A stretch of DNA of 50,030 bases from a virus (lineage: Duplodnaviria; Caudoviricetes), in IMG/VR virus record IMGVR_UViG_3300030329_004005, positions 1 to 50,030 of that record. One strand, given 5' to 3'. Both the position numbers and the translations under genes were made by a program. Position 1 is the first letter of the stretch; each line of letters begins with the position of its first letter. Of this stretch, positions 1 to 9,929 are shown piece by piece. The notes beneath the pieces were generated by a model, which had not been told where the DNA came from, made no database searches, and saw only the letters and a program-made list of their open reading frames with translations.

Positions 1-3000
1 GCTTGGAGCAACATCTACTCCTAAACCACCATCTGCAATGTTAACACCATTGTCAGTTAATTTAAATCTTACCCCACTATCAACATTGTCTGTTCCAATT
101 CTAAATTCATCAGCACCATCGTCATAGCCCATAGTATATTGAACTGCTCCATCGTTATAAAATTTAATTTCACAATCACTTCCATCAGGAGCATCCATTC
201 TAATTCTACAATCTCCAGAAGAAGTTTTTAAATCTAATACTTCTGCTGGAGTTATTCCAACTCCAAGCCCTGAACTATCTATTGTTACTCTATTGCTACC
301 ACCAGTAGAAAAACCTAACGTATTAGCACTAACTCTATACATACCAGTATCAGCATCATTATTAAACCTAAATGAAGGACTGCCTGCTGTACCATCTATA
401 CTTCCATATCCTCCATAAGAACTACATAAACCAGCTCCGTCTACTTGGAATAATAATGTACCACCAGTTAATGAAGTATCATGTTTTCTAATATCAAATG
501 TTTCAGAACCATCATTGTCATTACTATCTAAATTAATAGTAACATCATCAAAACTATTTATAATTAAATTATCACTATTACAAACAATAGCGTGGTTATT
601 ACTTGTCCCATAACTATCTCTATCCCAAGTAAATTGTATTTGTCCTACTCTTTGTATTGATGCACCTTGAGAACTACCATCGCTTCTTAACTCTAAATCT
701 CCATCAGCTTGTATAGTTAACATACGAGTTCCACCATTTGTAAAATCTATTGTATCAGAAGCACCACGATACATACCAGTATTTCTACTTGCTAAGAAAC
801 TATAAGAAGGAGCACCAACTGAACCACTTTGTACTAATGTTTGACATCCGTCATCATACGTATTAGTTTGCATATTCACAACTTCGGTACCTGGTAATGA
901 TGTAACTTCTGATTGGTCGTGATTCCAAGTAACATTAAATTTATTTTCACTAGGATAGTGTACCTCGGTAGCTACGTTATAGAAGTTGTTAGCCCAATTT
1001 TGATTTATATCATAATATAATTCGTATGTACAACTACCATTGTCAATTTCTCCATCACCAGCAGTTCTTTGTACTAATATATTGTTAATCCAATGTGCAC
1101 CATTAGAACGCATAAATCCACCATGTGATATTGAGCCGCTATCTAACGGATTATTAAACCATACAGACCAGTCAATCCAATTACCATGACTATTATCTCC
1201 ATTGTAAATTTTTCCACTTAAGCTTACTCCATTGTAATTAGCTGGACTATCATCTACTACAACTGTACAAAACTTAATATAAAATGTATTTGAACTTCCT
1301 GAATTTGTATGTCCATTACTTCTAACAGTAATGTGGTCTACTCCAGTCCAACCATTGTAATTAACTCTACCATCTGAATTAATTTGTAGTTTTACATTTC
1401 CATCTAATTTATGCTGAATGCTACTACTTGCTATAAGTATACTATCATTAGCACTATCATGATTTCTTTGTAAACTTAAATCTTCATCATAGGCAGTTAT
1501 AACACCGCTATCTACTGTAATTTGTTTATTAAAATAGAATTTACTTCTATCAGTATTAATATGCCCCCAACCACTATTAGCTGGTCCTAATTCTATGTAT
1601 CCATGGTCAGTTGTAAATCTATGATAATTTCCAGATGCCGCATGAAAATGCACTCTATCATCGTCTACATACATTTCTCCATAATCACTTGTATCTCCTG
1701 GTTGATATAATCTTAATTTATTATCATTTTGTAATTGCATAGCAAGTTCATCACTACCAGCTCTTGAAGTCCAGAATCTTAAATGTCCAGCTCTACCTCC
1801 AGAACTTCCATCTACGAGATAACCTGATATTCTTGCCATAGCTGTTGTTGAACTATCTTGATTATGCCCAAATGTTAGACTTCCACCATTACCAGCACTA
1901 GTGCCTTCGTTTCTTAATTCAAAAATAGGATTAGTATTATAACCCATTTTTGCATTACCACCTTCAGACATTAGGAACAATACTTTACTTGTTGTTCTAT
2001 TGTAAAAATATAATTGAGAACTATCTTGTTCTATACTTACTTCATCAGCACCACTTCTTTTAAATCTCATCATTTCATCGCTAGATGTAACTATGTCTAT
2101 ATTTTCATTTGCTATAATTTTATTAGCACCACCATCTATTGTTAGATAAGCAGTCGTTCCACCACTACCATCGTCAGAAGATAATATAATATCTTTATCA
2201 TTGGCATCATTAGTTATATATAAATCTCCTGTGCTATTTGTTAACCAACTATTACTTCCATTATGTCGCATATACATATCAACATCACTACCAACACCTA
2301 AATAAAGTCCATCAGGGACATAAATTAAATCATTAGTTCCCTCACTCCATACCATCATTTGTTGTCCACCTGCATATAAACTTACATTATCAGAAGAACT
2401 TTCTGTTATATAAGTATTACCTCTACCATCAAGATATATTTTATTAGTTGCAGGAATATCTATATCATTTTCAAATCTTGCTAACCCTGTTGAGGTAATT
2501 CTAAATGCTAAATCTGCTGTATCAACATCATAGCTTCCATTATAAACAGCGAAATTTCCAGTTCCATTATTATTTCCATCAGTCATTATGTTAACATGAT
2601 TGATAGATTGTAATGTAACCATATTAGTTGCTGCTGTTTGGTCATCATTAAGTAATAAAGTATTAGTATTATTTGATTTACCCTCTACTTCATCAACTGA
2701 TATTTTACCACCTGCTGCTACAGATAAATCTGTTCCATCAAAAGTAAGATTGGATTCTGTATCTATATTATTTGTTCCCCCATAAGTAAGAACACCATTT
2801 GCGGTTGTGCCATCTATTGTAATACCTGTTGATTTAATTTCTGAATATGCGAGTTTTCTAATTGCCCCAGATGTTGCTATTTCAACAACAAATAAATCTT
2901 CGTCCTCTGGCTCGCTTGACAAGGAAGTGCCAATTGCACCAATATCTATGCCTACTGTAGAAGAATAATTACCACTTGTAGTATTGGTTTCTGATGATAT

Positions 3001-6000
3001 TGCAATACCATTTGCCCCTGTTAGATCAACCCCAGTAATATCTCCTGTGTTTGTAGTATATCCTAATCCAATAACAAAGTCATATATTTGATCTCCAGTT
3101 GCAAGAGCTGTACCGCCATTGCTAACTGAAGCTGTTTTAGCTCTTACAGCATCAGAATTTAATTCAATGGTAGTATCGTCAACAGAAACTGCTAATGACA
3201 CGTCTCCTGAACTTCCTCCACCTGATAATCCATCCCCAGCTGCTACGGCTGTAATATCTCCAGAATTGCTTGTAAAACCACTATCATTATTAAAAATACT
3301 TAATCCTATTTCTCCTGCTGCTTTTCTTCTTGAATTGCTACCATCCAATACTACAAACTCATCTCCTGTAAGCATTCCTTCGGTCATATCAGTTAAGTCA
3401 CTACCATCGAAAGCCAATGTTCTTGAAGTAGTTAAATTACCACCTCCAGATAATCCATCTCCAGAAGCAATAGATATTCCACTATGATCTATATGTTCAT
3501 TAGCTACAAAATTATCAGCAGCATCATGATCAACTGTAAATGTTAAATCATATGGATCTCCATCTGTTCCATTATCTACATCAGTCCAATTTATATCAAT
3601 ACCAGAACCTTCTACAAATTTAACTTCTTTAGCATGAGATATAGTTACTTCAGTTCCGTCTCCATCTTCTAATTGAAATGTAGTAGCTTGGCTAGTATTT
3701 GTATAATTGCTTGAATGTATAGTTCCAGCACTCGATGCTGTCCAATCTATATGTTCATTTGCTACAAATCCAACTAACTTATCGTGTTCCCATAAAGCTT
3801 CTATTTCTGAAAATGCTTTTCTTTTACTTGTTGAACCATCAATAACAACAAATTCATCACCATCTACCATAGGATCTGTCATATCATCTAATTCTGTAGC
3901 ATCAAAAGTTAATGTAACCGATGAAGCTATATTTCCACCTCCAGTTAAACCTACTCCAGCATTAACTGCAACAGCAGTATGATCTATATGTTCATTGGCT
4001 ACAAAATTAGTAATTGCATCATGATCAACTGATATTGTCATATCATATTCATCAGATGAACTTCCATCAGAAATATCTGTCCAATCAGTAGCTACACCTG
4101 ATCCACCTAAAAATTTTACATATTTTCCATGAGATACAGTTACATCATCTCCATCGTCGTCTGAAATCACAAAAGTAGTAAGTTGATTTGTATTTGTATC
4201 TGTATAATTTCCTGAATGTATATTTGTTGAACCTTGATCTGTTGTCCAATCGATATGTTCGTTAGCTACAAAACCTAATAAGTTATCGTGATTCCATAAA
4301 GCTTCTATTTCTGAGAATGCCTTTCTTCTGCTACCTGATGAATCACTATTATCTAATACTAAAAATTCATCAGCAGCCACCATAGGATCTGTCATATCAC
4401 CTAATTCGGAACCATCAAAAGTTAATGTAACAGATGCAGATATGTTACCTCCACCTGATAATCCTACACCAGCGTTCACTGCTACAGCAGTGTGGTCTAT
4501 ATGTTCATTAGCTACAAAATTAGCTAAACTATCATGGTCAATAGTTCCTTGTGTTGCTGTCCCTATCGTTCCTTCAAGAGTGCCTACAACCAAAGTTCCT
4601 GCTGTATAACCTGTTCCAGATGTATTAACTGTCGTTGTTGGTGCTGCTTGTAAATCTTTAAATAACTTCCATTTCCCGCTATCATTTGCATCTCTAAATA
4701 ATCCTGAGTATAAATCTTGTGAACCTGAAGTATCATATAATCCATAAATTCCTATATCTACTGAATCAGCAGCATTATTACCTTTTGCTAATTTAATTAA
4801 TGGATCTTCTACATCTAATGTTGCTGTGCTTACTGTAACAGTATCTCCATTAACAGTTAAATCACCAGCGATAGTTACATCATCTGGTAATCCAATGGTA
4901 AATGTAGTTCCTTCACCAGCACTTCCTGATACTTCTATTTCGTTTGTAGTTCCTGTAACAGCAGCTGCATAGTTACCAATAGTATGTGATCCCAATTGGA
5001 TAAAATTATCTAATGATGTCTGACCTGTACCGCCTCTAGCTACACTTAATGTTCCTGTTGTTCCAGCAACTATAGGTAAACTTGTAGCATCAGATAAGTT
5101 AAATGCAGGTGTAGCATCTGAAGCACCTAATGCTAAAGTAATTCCACCATAACTAACATTATCAGATGCTAGTTTTGCAATAGGTATTTCATCATCATCT
5201 ATAGCAAAATTACCATAATCTAAATAATAACTTCCGTGTTGTCCATCTAATAAGTCAGAGTCAAGTCCGCTTGAAGCACCATCTACAGTTTTAATAGCTG
5301 TTAGTATTTCAGATGCTGATTGGTCTGCTGTTGCTCCATCTTCTACATTTAAATCGCTTCTTACTTCTGCTGCAGTTCTACCTTCTACTTCTGTTCCATC
5401 AATTCTAAGAAAATCATTATCTGCAACTGCATCATTAGCTGTTAAAACATTTCCATCACTAATACCTTTTGCTAAAGACTTTACAAATGCAAGGTTTGAA
5501 ACTTCGGAATCCATTAATGCACCTGCACTTGTTACATTTGCTGTATCTGTTACATCAGCACTTGCTTCAATTCCATCTAATTTAGTTTTTAATGTATTTG
5601 TAAAATTATTTTGTGTTAATCCACCATCTCCTACAGTATAGGTTGTATTCGTATCTGTTGAAGCAATTGTAACTGCTCCAGCACTTTCAGTGATAGTAAC
5701 ATTAGACCCTGCTGTGAATGCTAAAGTTTCTGAAGTAGATAAACTATTTCCACCTGCAGTTACAGGTCTCCATGTATTATCATTAGCAGTCATATCATCT
5801 ACTACCAAGTCAATAGTTCCGTCTCCATCTTGGTACTCAGCTGCAATTCTTGTTTCTGTATTAGAAGTAAACATTGCTCCAACAATATCTTGAACTAATT
5901 CAGTGCTAACATTATTGTCTACATATGCTTTAATTGATTGCTGAGTTGCAATTTTAGTTGCACTGTCAGAAGACATATCATCTTCGTCTAATACTGCAGT

Positions 6001-6396
6001 TCCACTAATACCAGTATTAATAACTGGGCTTGTTAATGTTTTATTAGTTAATGTTACTGAATTAGTTAAAGTAACATCTCCACTTGATACTAAATCTATT
6101 GTTCCATCACCATCTTGATAAGTAGCAGTAATATTAGTCTCAGTATTGCTACTAAACATAGCACCTACTGTATCTTGTATTGTTTCAGTTAAATCTATAT
6201 TTGCTGTACCGTCAAATGATACACCATGAATTGTTCTTGCTGTTGCCAATGCAGTAGCTGTAGGAGAAACAAATCCAGTAGCAGTTAATATATTATTATT
6301 ATCTGTACCATCATCGTATTTAAGATAACCGCCTTCTATAAAAACGAGTTTCTTATAAACGTCTTTTATTTTATTTGGCCCTGTTAAACTACCCAT
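1..6396 (-). CDS. Long tail fibre / receptor-binding protein (>2132 aa, C-terminal end runs off the window)
   Basis: ATG at 6396 overlaps the upstream stop. Hand translation gives MGSLTGPNKIKDVYKKLVF...ALATARTIHGVSFDGTANIDL..., and positions 1-60 are still in the same frame (…LTDNGVNIADGGLGVDVAPS). The sequence is G/T/D/S-rich with fibre-type modules (DSDLLDGQHGSYYLDY, VEDPLIKLAKGNN, GLSGGG). Its absence from the ORF track fits a frame with no stop inside the window. Confidence 0.85.
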   Translation of the reverse strand, partial: MGSLTGPNKIKDVYKKLVFIEGGYLKYDDGTDNNNILTATGFVSPTATALATARTIHGVSFDGTANIDLTETIQDTVGAMFSSNTETNITATYQDGDGTIDLVSSGDVTLTNSVTLTNKTLTSPVINTGISGTAVLDEDDMSSDSATKIATQQSIKAYVDNNVSTELVQDIVGAMFTSNTETRIAAEYQDGDGTIDLVVDDMTANDNTWRPVTAGGNSLSTSETLAFTAGSNVTITESAGAVTIASTDTNTTYTVGDGGLTQNNFTNTLKTKLDGIEASADVTDTANVTSAGALMDSEVSNLAFVKSLAKGISDGNVLTANDAVADNDFLRIDGTEVEGRTAAEVRSDLNVEDGATADQSASEILTAIKTVDGASSGLDSDLLDGQHGSYYLDYGNFAIDDDEIPIAKLASDNVSYGGITLALGASDATPAFNLSDATSLPIVAGTTGTLSVARGGTGQTSLDNFIQLGSHTIGNYAAAVTGTTNEIEVSGSAGEGTTFTIGLPDDVTIAGDLTVNGDTVTVSTATLDVEDPLIKLAKGNNAADSVDIGIYGLYDTSGSQDLYSGLFRDANDSGKWKLFKDLQAAPTTTVNTSGTGYTAGTLVVGTLEGTIGTATQGTIDHDSLANFVANEHIDHTAVAVNAGVGLSGGGNISASVTLTFDGSELGDMTDPMVAADEFLVLDNSDSSGSRRKAFSEIEALWNHDNLLGFVANEHIDWTTDQGSTNIHSGNYTDTNTNQLTTFVISDDDGDDVTVSHGKYVKFLGGSGVATDWTDISDGSSSDEYDMTISVDHDAITNFVANEHIDHTAVAVNAGVGLTGGGNIASSVTLTFDATELDDMTDPMVDGDEFVVIDGSTSKRKAFSEIEALWEHDKLVGFVANEHIDWTASSAGTIHSSNYTNTSQATTFQLEDGDGTEVTISHAKEVKFVEGSGIDINWTDVDNGTDGDPYDLTFTVDHDAADNFVANEHIDHSGISIASGDGLSGGGNLTTSRTLAFDGSDLTDMTEGMLTGDEFVVLDGSNSRRKAAGEIGLSIFNNDSGFTSNSGDITAVAAGDGLSGGGSSGDVSLAVSVDDTTIELNSDAVRAKTASVSNGGTALATGDQIYDFVIGLGYTTNTGDITGVDLTGANGIAISSETNTTSGNYSSTVGIDIGAIGTSLSSEPEDEDLFVVEIATSGAIRKLAYSEIKSTGITIDGTTANGVLTYGGTNNIDTESNLTFDGTDLSVAAGGKISVDEVEGKSNNTNTLLLNDDQTAATNMVTLQSINHVNIMTDGNNNGTGNFAVYNGSYDVDTADLAFRITSTGLARFENDIDIPATNKIYLDGRGNTYITESSSDNVSLYAGGQQMMVWSEGTNDLIYVPDGLYLGVGSDVDMYMRHNGSNSWLTNSTGDLYITNDANDKDIILSSDDGSGGTTAYLTIDGGANKIIANENIDIVTSSDEMMRFKRSGADEVSIEQDSSQLYFYNRTTSKVLFLMSEGGNAKMGYNTNPIFELRNEGTSAGNGGSLTFGHNQDSSTTAMARISGYLVDGSSGGRAGHLRFWTSRAGSDELAMQLQNDNKLRLYQPGDTSDYGEMYVDDDRVHFHAASGNYHRFTTDHGYIELGPANSGWGHINTDRSKFYFNKQITVDSGVITAYDEDLSLQRNHDSANDSILIASSSIQHKLDGNVKLQINSDGRVNYNGWTGVDHITVRSNGHTNSGSSNTFYIKFCTVVVDDSPANYNGVSLSGKIYNGDNSHGNWIDWSVWFNNPLDSGSISHGGFMRSNGAHWINNILVQRTAGDGEIDNGSCTYELYYDINQNWANNFYNVATEVHYPSENKFNVTWNHDQSEVTSLPGTEVVNMQTNTYDDGCQTLVQSGSVGAPSYSFLASRNTGMYRGASDTIDFTNGGTRMLTIQADGDLELRSDGSSQGASIQRVGQIQFTWDRDSYGTSNNHAIVCNSDNLIINSFDDVTINLDSNDNDGSETFDIRKHDTSLTGGTLLFQVDGAGLCSSYGGYGSIDGTAGSPSFRFNNDADTGMYRVSANTLGFSTGGSNRVTIDSSGLGVGITPAEVLDLKTSSGDCRIRMDAPDGSDCEIKFYNDGAVQYTMGYDDGADEFRIGTDNVDSGVRFKLTDNGVNIADGGLGVDVAPS
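3480..4545 (-). repeat. Internal repeats of the tail fibre: five FVANEHID[H/W] motifs in about 170-aa duplicated units
   Basis: Motif copies near 3490, 3750, 3985, 4255 and 4500. The H-type copies (3490/3985/4500) and W-type copies (3750/4255, preceded by KAFSEIEALW) alternate with a period of about 500 nt. Confidence 0.85.
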
Positions 6397-6688
6397 TTGA
6401 TTCTATATCCTCATATGTTGGATTACTTGGTTGAGATTGATCTGCATAACTTGCATCACTAGGAATTGATACATCTGCATAACTTGCATCACTAGGAATT
6501 GATACATCCGTATAAGATGCATCACTAGGAATTGACACATCCGTATAACTAGCATCCAAAGGAATTGCTGTATCTGTATACTTAGCGTCTAAATTATCAT
6601 CAAATGAAAGAGCTAAACTATCAAAACTTTCAGCAATTGAATCAAAGGATTCCAGTCCAAAATGACCTTTTCTCCAAGTTTTTGCCAT
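6389..6688 (-). CDS. Acidic hypothetical virion protein with 11-aa tandem repeats
   Basis: ORF track, 99 aa, DASY[T/A]DVSIPS repeats; its stop overlaps the fibre start. Confidence 0.75.
   Translation of the reverse strand: MAKTWRKGHFGLESFDSIAESFDSLALSFDDNLDAKYTDTAIPLDASYTDVSIPSDASYTDVSIPSDASYADVSIPSDASYADQSQPSNPTYEDIESNG
6440..6590. repeat. 33-bp coding tandem repeat, about 4.5 copies
   Basis: atctgcataacttgcatcactaggaattgatac is identical at 6440-6472 and 6473-6505; degenerate copies continue to 6590. Confidence 0.9.
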
Positions 6689-6691
6689 TTA

Positions 6692-6862
6692 TTAATTCCA
6701 GCGTTTGCCCATTAAATGGTCCATTGCTTGTGATAAAGTACTTTTTTGCTTTCTTTTAGCTAAATTCTTTTTTGCTTTGGCTTTAGCTGATTTTGCTTTT
6801 TTTGCAATCCCTGAAGCTTTCTTTGCTATTTTTTTATACCCTCTCTTTGGTCCTATTGCCAT
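6692..6862 (-). CDS. Small Lys/Ala-rich basic protein (56 aa, histone H1-like composition)
   Basis: Hand translation MAIGPKRGYKKIAKKASGIAKKAKSAKAKAKKNLAKRKQKSTLSQAMDHLMGKRWN. A GGAGG SD lies upstream and the ORF fills the gap in the - strand operon. Too short for the ORF track. Confidence 0.75.
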   Translation of the reverse strand: MAIGPKRGYKKIAKKASGIAKKAKSAKAKAKKNLAKRKQKSTLSQAMDHLMGKRWN

Positions 6863-6873
6863 GATTCCTCCTA

Positions 6874-7284
6874 TTAGTAACTATGTTGTTTGATAGATCC
6901 AATTCCAGAAATTCTGCCTCTATTAGCAAATGTTTTTCCTTCCTTAATCCCACGTTCAAATCTTCTTTCAAAATATAATGCTTTATTTAACATATCAGGT
7001 TCTTCTTCATAACCATACTGTATAGCTTTATCTACTAAATACTGATGAAACTGTGTAGGTAATTCACTTTGTTCAGTCATAGCAGAAGAGCCTGAATCTA
7101 ATGTATTAAAATGATCTGCTTTTTTATAATAAAATAAAGTTATTTGATATGCAGCATCTGGAGAAGTAAATTTATTCTTTTCTTCTACCATAGGATCATA
7201 TTCTGCAATACCAATTGAATCTCTTTCAATCCACCATAAGTATTGTTTTCTAGTTCTGTCGTATACTTTATTATAATTTGGCAT
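6874..7284 (-). CDS. Putative head-tail adaptor-like protein (resembles the C-terminal half of phage adaptor proteins)
   Basis: ITLFYYKK...SELPTQFHQYLVDKAIQYGYE pattern; lies downstream of the capsid gene. Confidence 0.5.
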   Translation of the reverse strand: MPNYNKVYDRTRKQYLWWIERDSIGIAEYDPMVEEKNKFTSPDAAYQITLFYYKKADHFNTLDSGSSAMTEQSELPTQFHQYLVDKAIQYGYEEEPDMLNKALYFERRFERGIKEGKTFANRGRISGIGSIKQHSY

Positions 7285-7562
7285 TATGTTAAATCCCTAT
7301 ATTTAGGTCTACCAGCTAAACGATTGATTTCTTTTGTATTACCATCTGAATCAACCATATCAACTGATTTAATTTCTAAAATACTTTCTTTTAATCCATA
7401 ATAACGTTGATTAGCAACTGTATCAAATTGAGTTGCTTCATCTAAAATTAAGGTTCTTGAGCAAAACTCATCTGAAGCTTTATTAAGTAAATGAATAATT
7501 TCATTACTTCCTAAGTTCGGATGATGCTTCTTAACCAGGTCTATCATTTGCTGTAGCTTCAC
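7284..7562 (-). CDS. Putative head-tail adaptor-like protein (resembles the N-terminal half of phage adaptor proteins)
   Basis: EIIHLLNKASDEFCSRT...TVANQRYYGL...ILEIKSV pattern; TAATG overlap with the next gene. Confidence 0.5.
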   Translation of the reverse strand: MKLQQMIDLVKKHHPNLGSNEIIHLLNKASDEFCSRTLILDEATQFDTVANQRYYGLKESILEIKSVDMVDSDGNTKEINRLAGRPKYRDLT

Positions 7563-8406
7563 TTGCTTGTCCTCCTGTTGCCATTCTTCCTACTATGTAA
7601 GGTTCTAAAAATCCTAATAATAATTCTGACATTTTTATATACTGGCTTTCATACCATTTATATTGTTCAGATTCTGATTGTTGTGCAACTGAATAAGTCT
7701 CTACATATGAACGTATTTTATCAGTTTGCACTTGTGCTAATTCTATATCTTCATCTGCTATAAGATCTCCTAATACATCAAACCATTTATCAAAATCTAA
7801 ATTATCTGCAGCAGTTGTTAATACCCCTGCTGTAATATCTGCTGTTAAATCTGTGCTAGCTGCTGCTGCATCTGCTACATTTGGCTTTGCAGAATTTACC
7901 ATTTTCTTTAATAAAATATTTTTAGCAGCATAAAAAATTACTCCATCATAAAATTCAGCAGGAAAATTATCTATAGACGAATCTCCCACCGCAACAGAAC
8001 TATCTGGAGTTATATGCCTTACTAAAGCACTCTGTCCAGCAGCAGGAGTTGGTATTACATTAAGAGTTCCATCAGATATATACCATTTAGGATCATATTT
8101 GCTAGTATAGTAAATACTATTAGCATCCAGATAATCTCCTGCACTTTCAACAGGAACTTCTACTGCAATTCTATTACGTGATCCATCATTCCTAGTAACA
8201 CTTACAATTTTTAATGCATTAGATGTACTCATAGTTGTAGGTGAATTATTTAATGTACTGCTTTGTGTTAATCTTTCAGCAACATTTCTATCATGCATAA
8301 CTATTTTAGTTATGTATTTTACACCATCTTTTAAGTACTTAGCAGCTTCAGTTGTTAAACTAGAAATACTACCAGTATATGCTTCTATGTCTGTTTGAAA
8401 ACTCAT
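7531..8406 (-). CDS. Putative head completion/adaptor protein
   Basis: 291 aa directly after the capsid gene; PKWYISDGTLNVIPTP and IDNFPAEFYDGVIFYAA adaptor-like motifs; AGGAG SD. Confidence 0.55.
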   Translation of the reverse strand: MSFQTDIEAYTGSISSLTTEAAKYLKDGVKYITKIVMHDRNVAERLTQSSTLNNSPTTMSTSNALKIVSVTRNDGSRNRIAVEVPVESAGDYLDANSIYYTSKYDPKWYISDGTLNVIPTPAAGQSALVRHITPDSSVAVGDSSIDNFPAEFYDGVIFYAAKNILLKKMVNSAKPNVADAAAASTDLTADITAGVLTTAADNLDFDKWFDVLGDLIADEDIELAQVQTDKIRSYVETYSVAQQSESEQYKWYESQYIKMSELLLGFLEPYIVGRMATGGQASEATANDRPG

Positions 8407-8420
8407 TTTTCTCCTTATTG

Positions 8421-8446
8421 TGGGGGAGTATATTTCAACTCCCCCA
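8421..8446 (-). terminator. GC-rich hairpin after the major capsid gene (leaky terminator or 3' stabiliser)
   Basis: tgggggagt-atatttca-actccccca, a perfect 9-bp stem. There is no U-tract on the - strand, so termination is probably weak. Confidence 0.55.
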
Positions 8447-8458
8447 TTTTAATTAGCC

Positions 8459-9907
8459 TTAGCTAAATTTCAATACAGTGTGTGTTTCTGGTAAAGAAAT
8501 TTCTAGACCTGCTTCTGTAAGAACCATGTCTTTTCTTCCGTCAACATCTCTGTTTTGAACGTTGGTAATAACTTGAGTATCACGTGATACACCATTGCCC
8601 ATTAATGGACGGTATGACACGTTATTCAAGTCAATCATGATCGCTGTATCTTCATGAATACCTCTGAACATTGGTTCCATAACGAAGTTTAGATTACCAT
8701 ATAGAGTATTAACTCTTGTTACATGGTGTCCAAATGCTCCTTTAACGTTCTGAACATCTAAGCTGTAAGGATTAGTTGATTCAGCATCGTCAGGTTGTGA
8801 ACCTAATGCCATGGTATTTCCTAAGAATGAAGATCCACCTAGTTTATTCAACCAAGATAGAACTTTTCTTGAAGCAAGAACTAGTTTTTCACCGCTGTTT
8901 CCAGATTCTGGTGCGAAAACATTTTCCATTGCATCAATAAAGTGATCATAATTAGCACTTGCATACGCAAATGTTTTTGTTTTACCATAGATCTCAGTGT
9001 AAGGTACAATACCCCATGTTCTACGAACTGGGCCTGTTGATGTAGAGTCATCTGACCCCATACCAAACAAGAATGCGTTTTCAAGATCCATCTTATGTTC
9101 CATAAGTTTTTCTTGATATACACGCATGTATTCATTACTTACACCACGATATCTAGTAGCAAGAGCTGTACCAGAGAATAATGGAACTGCAGTCTTAAAG
9201 ATCTGACAGTATCCTTCTCTGTTGTAGAACTCATCTGCCCAGCCTTCTGGATCTGTTGATCCTTCAGCCCATGCAGAACCAACTACTTGACCGTCACCAT
9301 CTGCTCTAAAAATTAATTTAGAAGCTGAAGCTTCAGTAATTTCTCCAGCTGTTGCTGCTTCCGCACCATCTGCTGAACGTGTTGGTTTTGCTACTACTTT
9401 TAAAAATGTACCTGCTACACGGGCAGCATCTGCATCTGTAGTCAGATCCACTCCTGTTACCTTGTAGTAAGCGATTGCTGCAGTTTCTGAACCTGCTCCT
9501 GCGTCACTTCCGTTTGCATCGTATTCACATTCGATTGCAAGGATTTGACCGACAAGAATAAAGTTCGGTTGTACTGCAGATGATACCTCTCTACCAAATT
9601 TATCATAAAGCACATCTAGATCAAGAGTTGTAACATTCCAATTAGAGTCTGTACCACTGTGTGCAGAGGTAGTGACTGGTGCTTGAACTTGGAAGTTACG
9701 TCTTTGCCATTGATGTCTTTGTTCTAAGAATTTAAATACAGGATCATCTGTAGGTTTCTTAGAAACTTTAGACAAATATGTGAAGAAAGGTGATTGTTGG
9801 GGTGCTAACTCAGCGATTCTTTCACCGAAGTTAAAGATTCGTCTGTCGACATTAATCGACGTTCCCTGAACAGCTTCCCCAGGATTGATACTATAAATAT
9901 TAGCCAT
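8459..9907 (-). CDS. Major capsid protein (HK97 fold, DUF5309/SU10-like)
   Basis: RIAELAPQQSPFFTYLSKVSKKPTDDPVFKFLE, YCQIFKT, LMEHKMDLENAFLFG, DGRKDMVLTEAGLEISLPETH; follows portal and scaffold. Confidence 0.9.
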   Translation of the reverse strand: MANIYSINPGEAVQGTSINVDRRIFNFGERIAELAPQQSPFFTYLSKVSKKPTDDPVFKFLEQRHQWQRRNFQVQAPVTTSAHSGTDSNWNVTTLDLDVLYDKFGREVSSAVQPNFILVGQILAIECEYDANGSDAGAGSETAAIAYYKVTGVDLTTDADAARVAGTFLKVVAKPTRSADGAEAATAGEITEASASKLIFRADGDGQVVGSAWAEGSTDPEGWADEFYNREGYCQIFKTAVPLFSGTALATRYRGVSNEYMRVYQEKLMEHKMDLENAFLFGMGSDDSTSTGPVRRTWGIVPYTEIYGKTKTFAYASANYDHFIDAMENVFAPESGNSGEKLVLASRKVLSWLNKLGGSSFLGNTMALGSQPDDAESTNPYSLDVQNVKGAFGHHVTRVNTLYGNLNFVMEPMFRGIHEDTAIMIDLNNVSYRPLMGNGVSRDTQVITNVQNRDVDGRKDMVLTEAGLEISLPETHTVLKFS

Positions 9908-9929
9908 CGTATTTCATCTCCTTCATTTG

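Noticed and set aside
2600-5893. Four + strand ORFs in the track (2600, 3119, 3707, 5690)
   Set aside because: They are antisense shadows of the long - strand tail fibre frame, with S/P/V-rich mirror composition and non-ATG starts.
1-6396. Diversity-generating retroelement acting on the fibre
   Set aside because: No reverse transcriptase and no adenine-specific TR/VR pair was seen; the fibre C-terminus lies outside the window.
6440-6590. 33-bp repeats as a CRISPR array
   Set aside because: The copies are head-to-tail with no unique spacers, are in-frame coding, and there are no cas genes.
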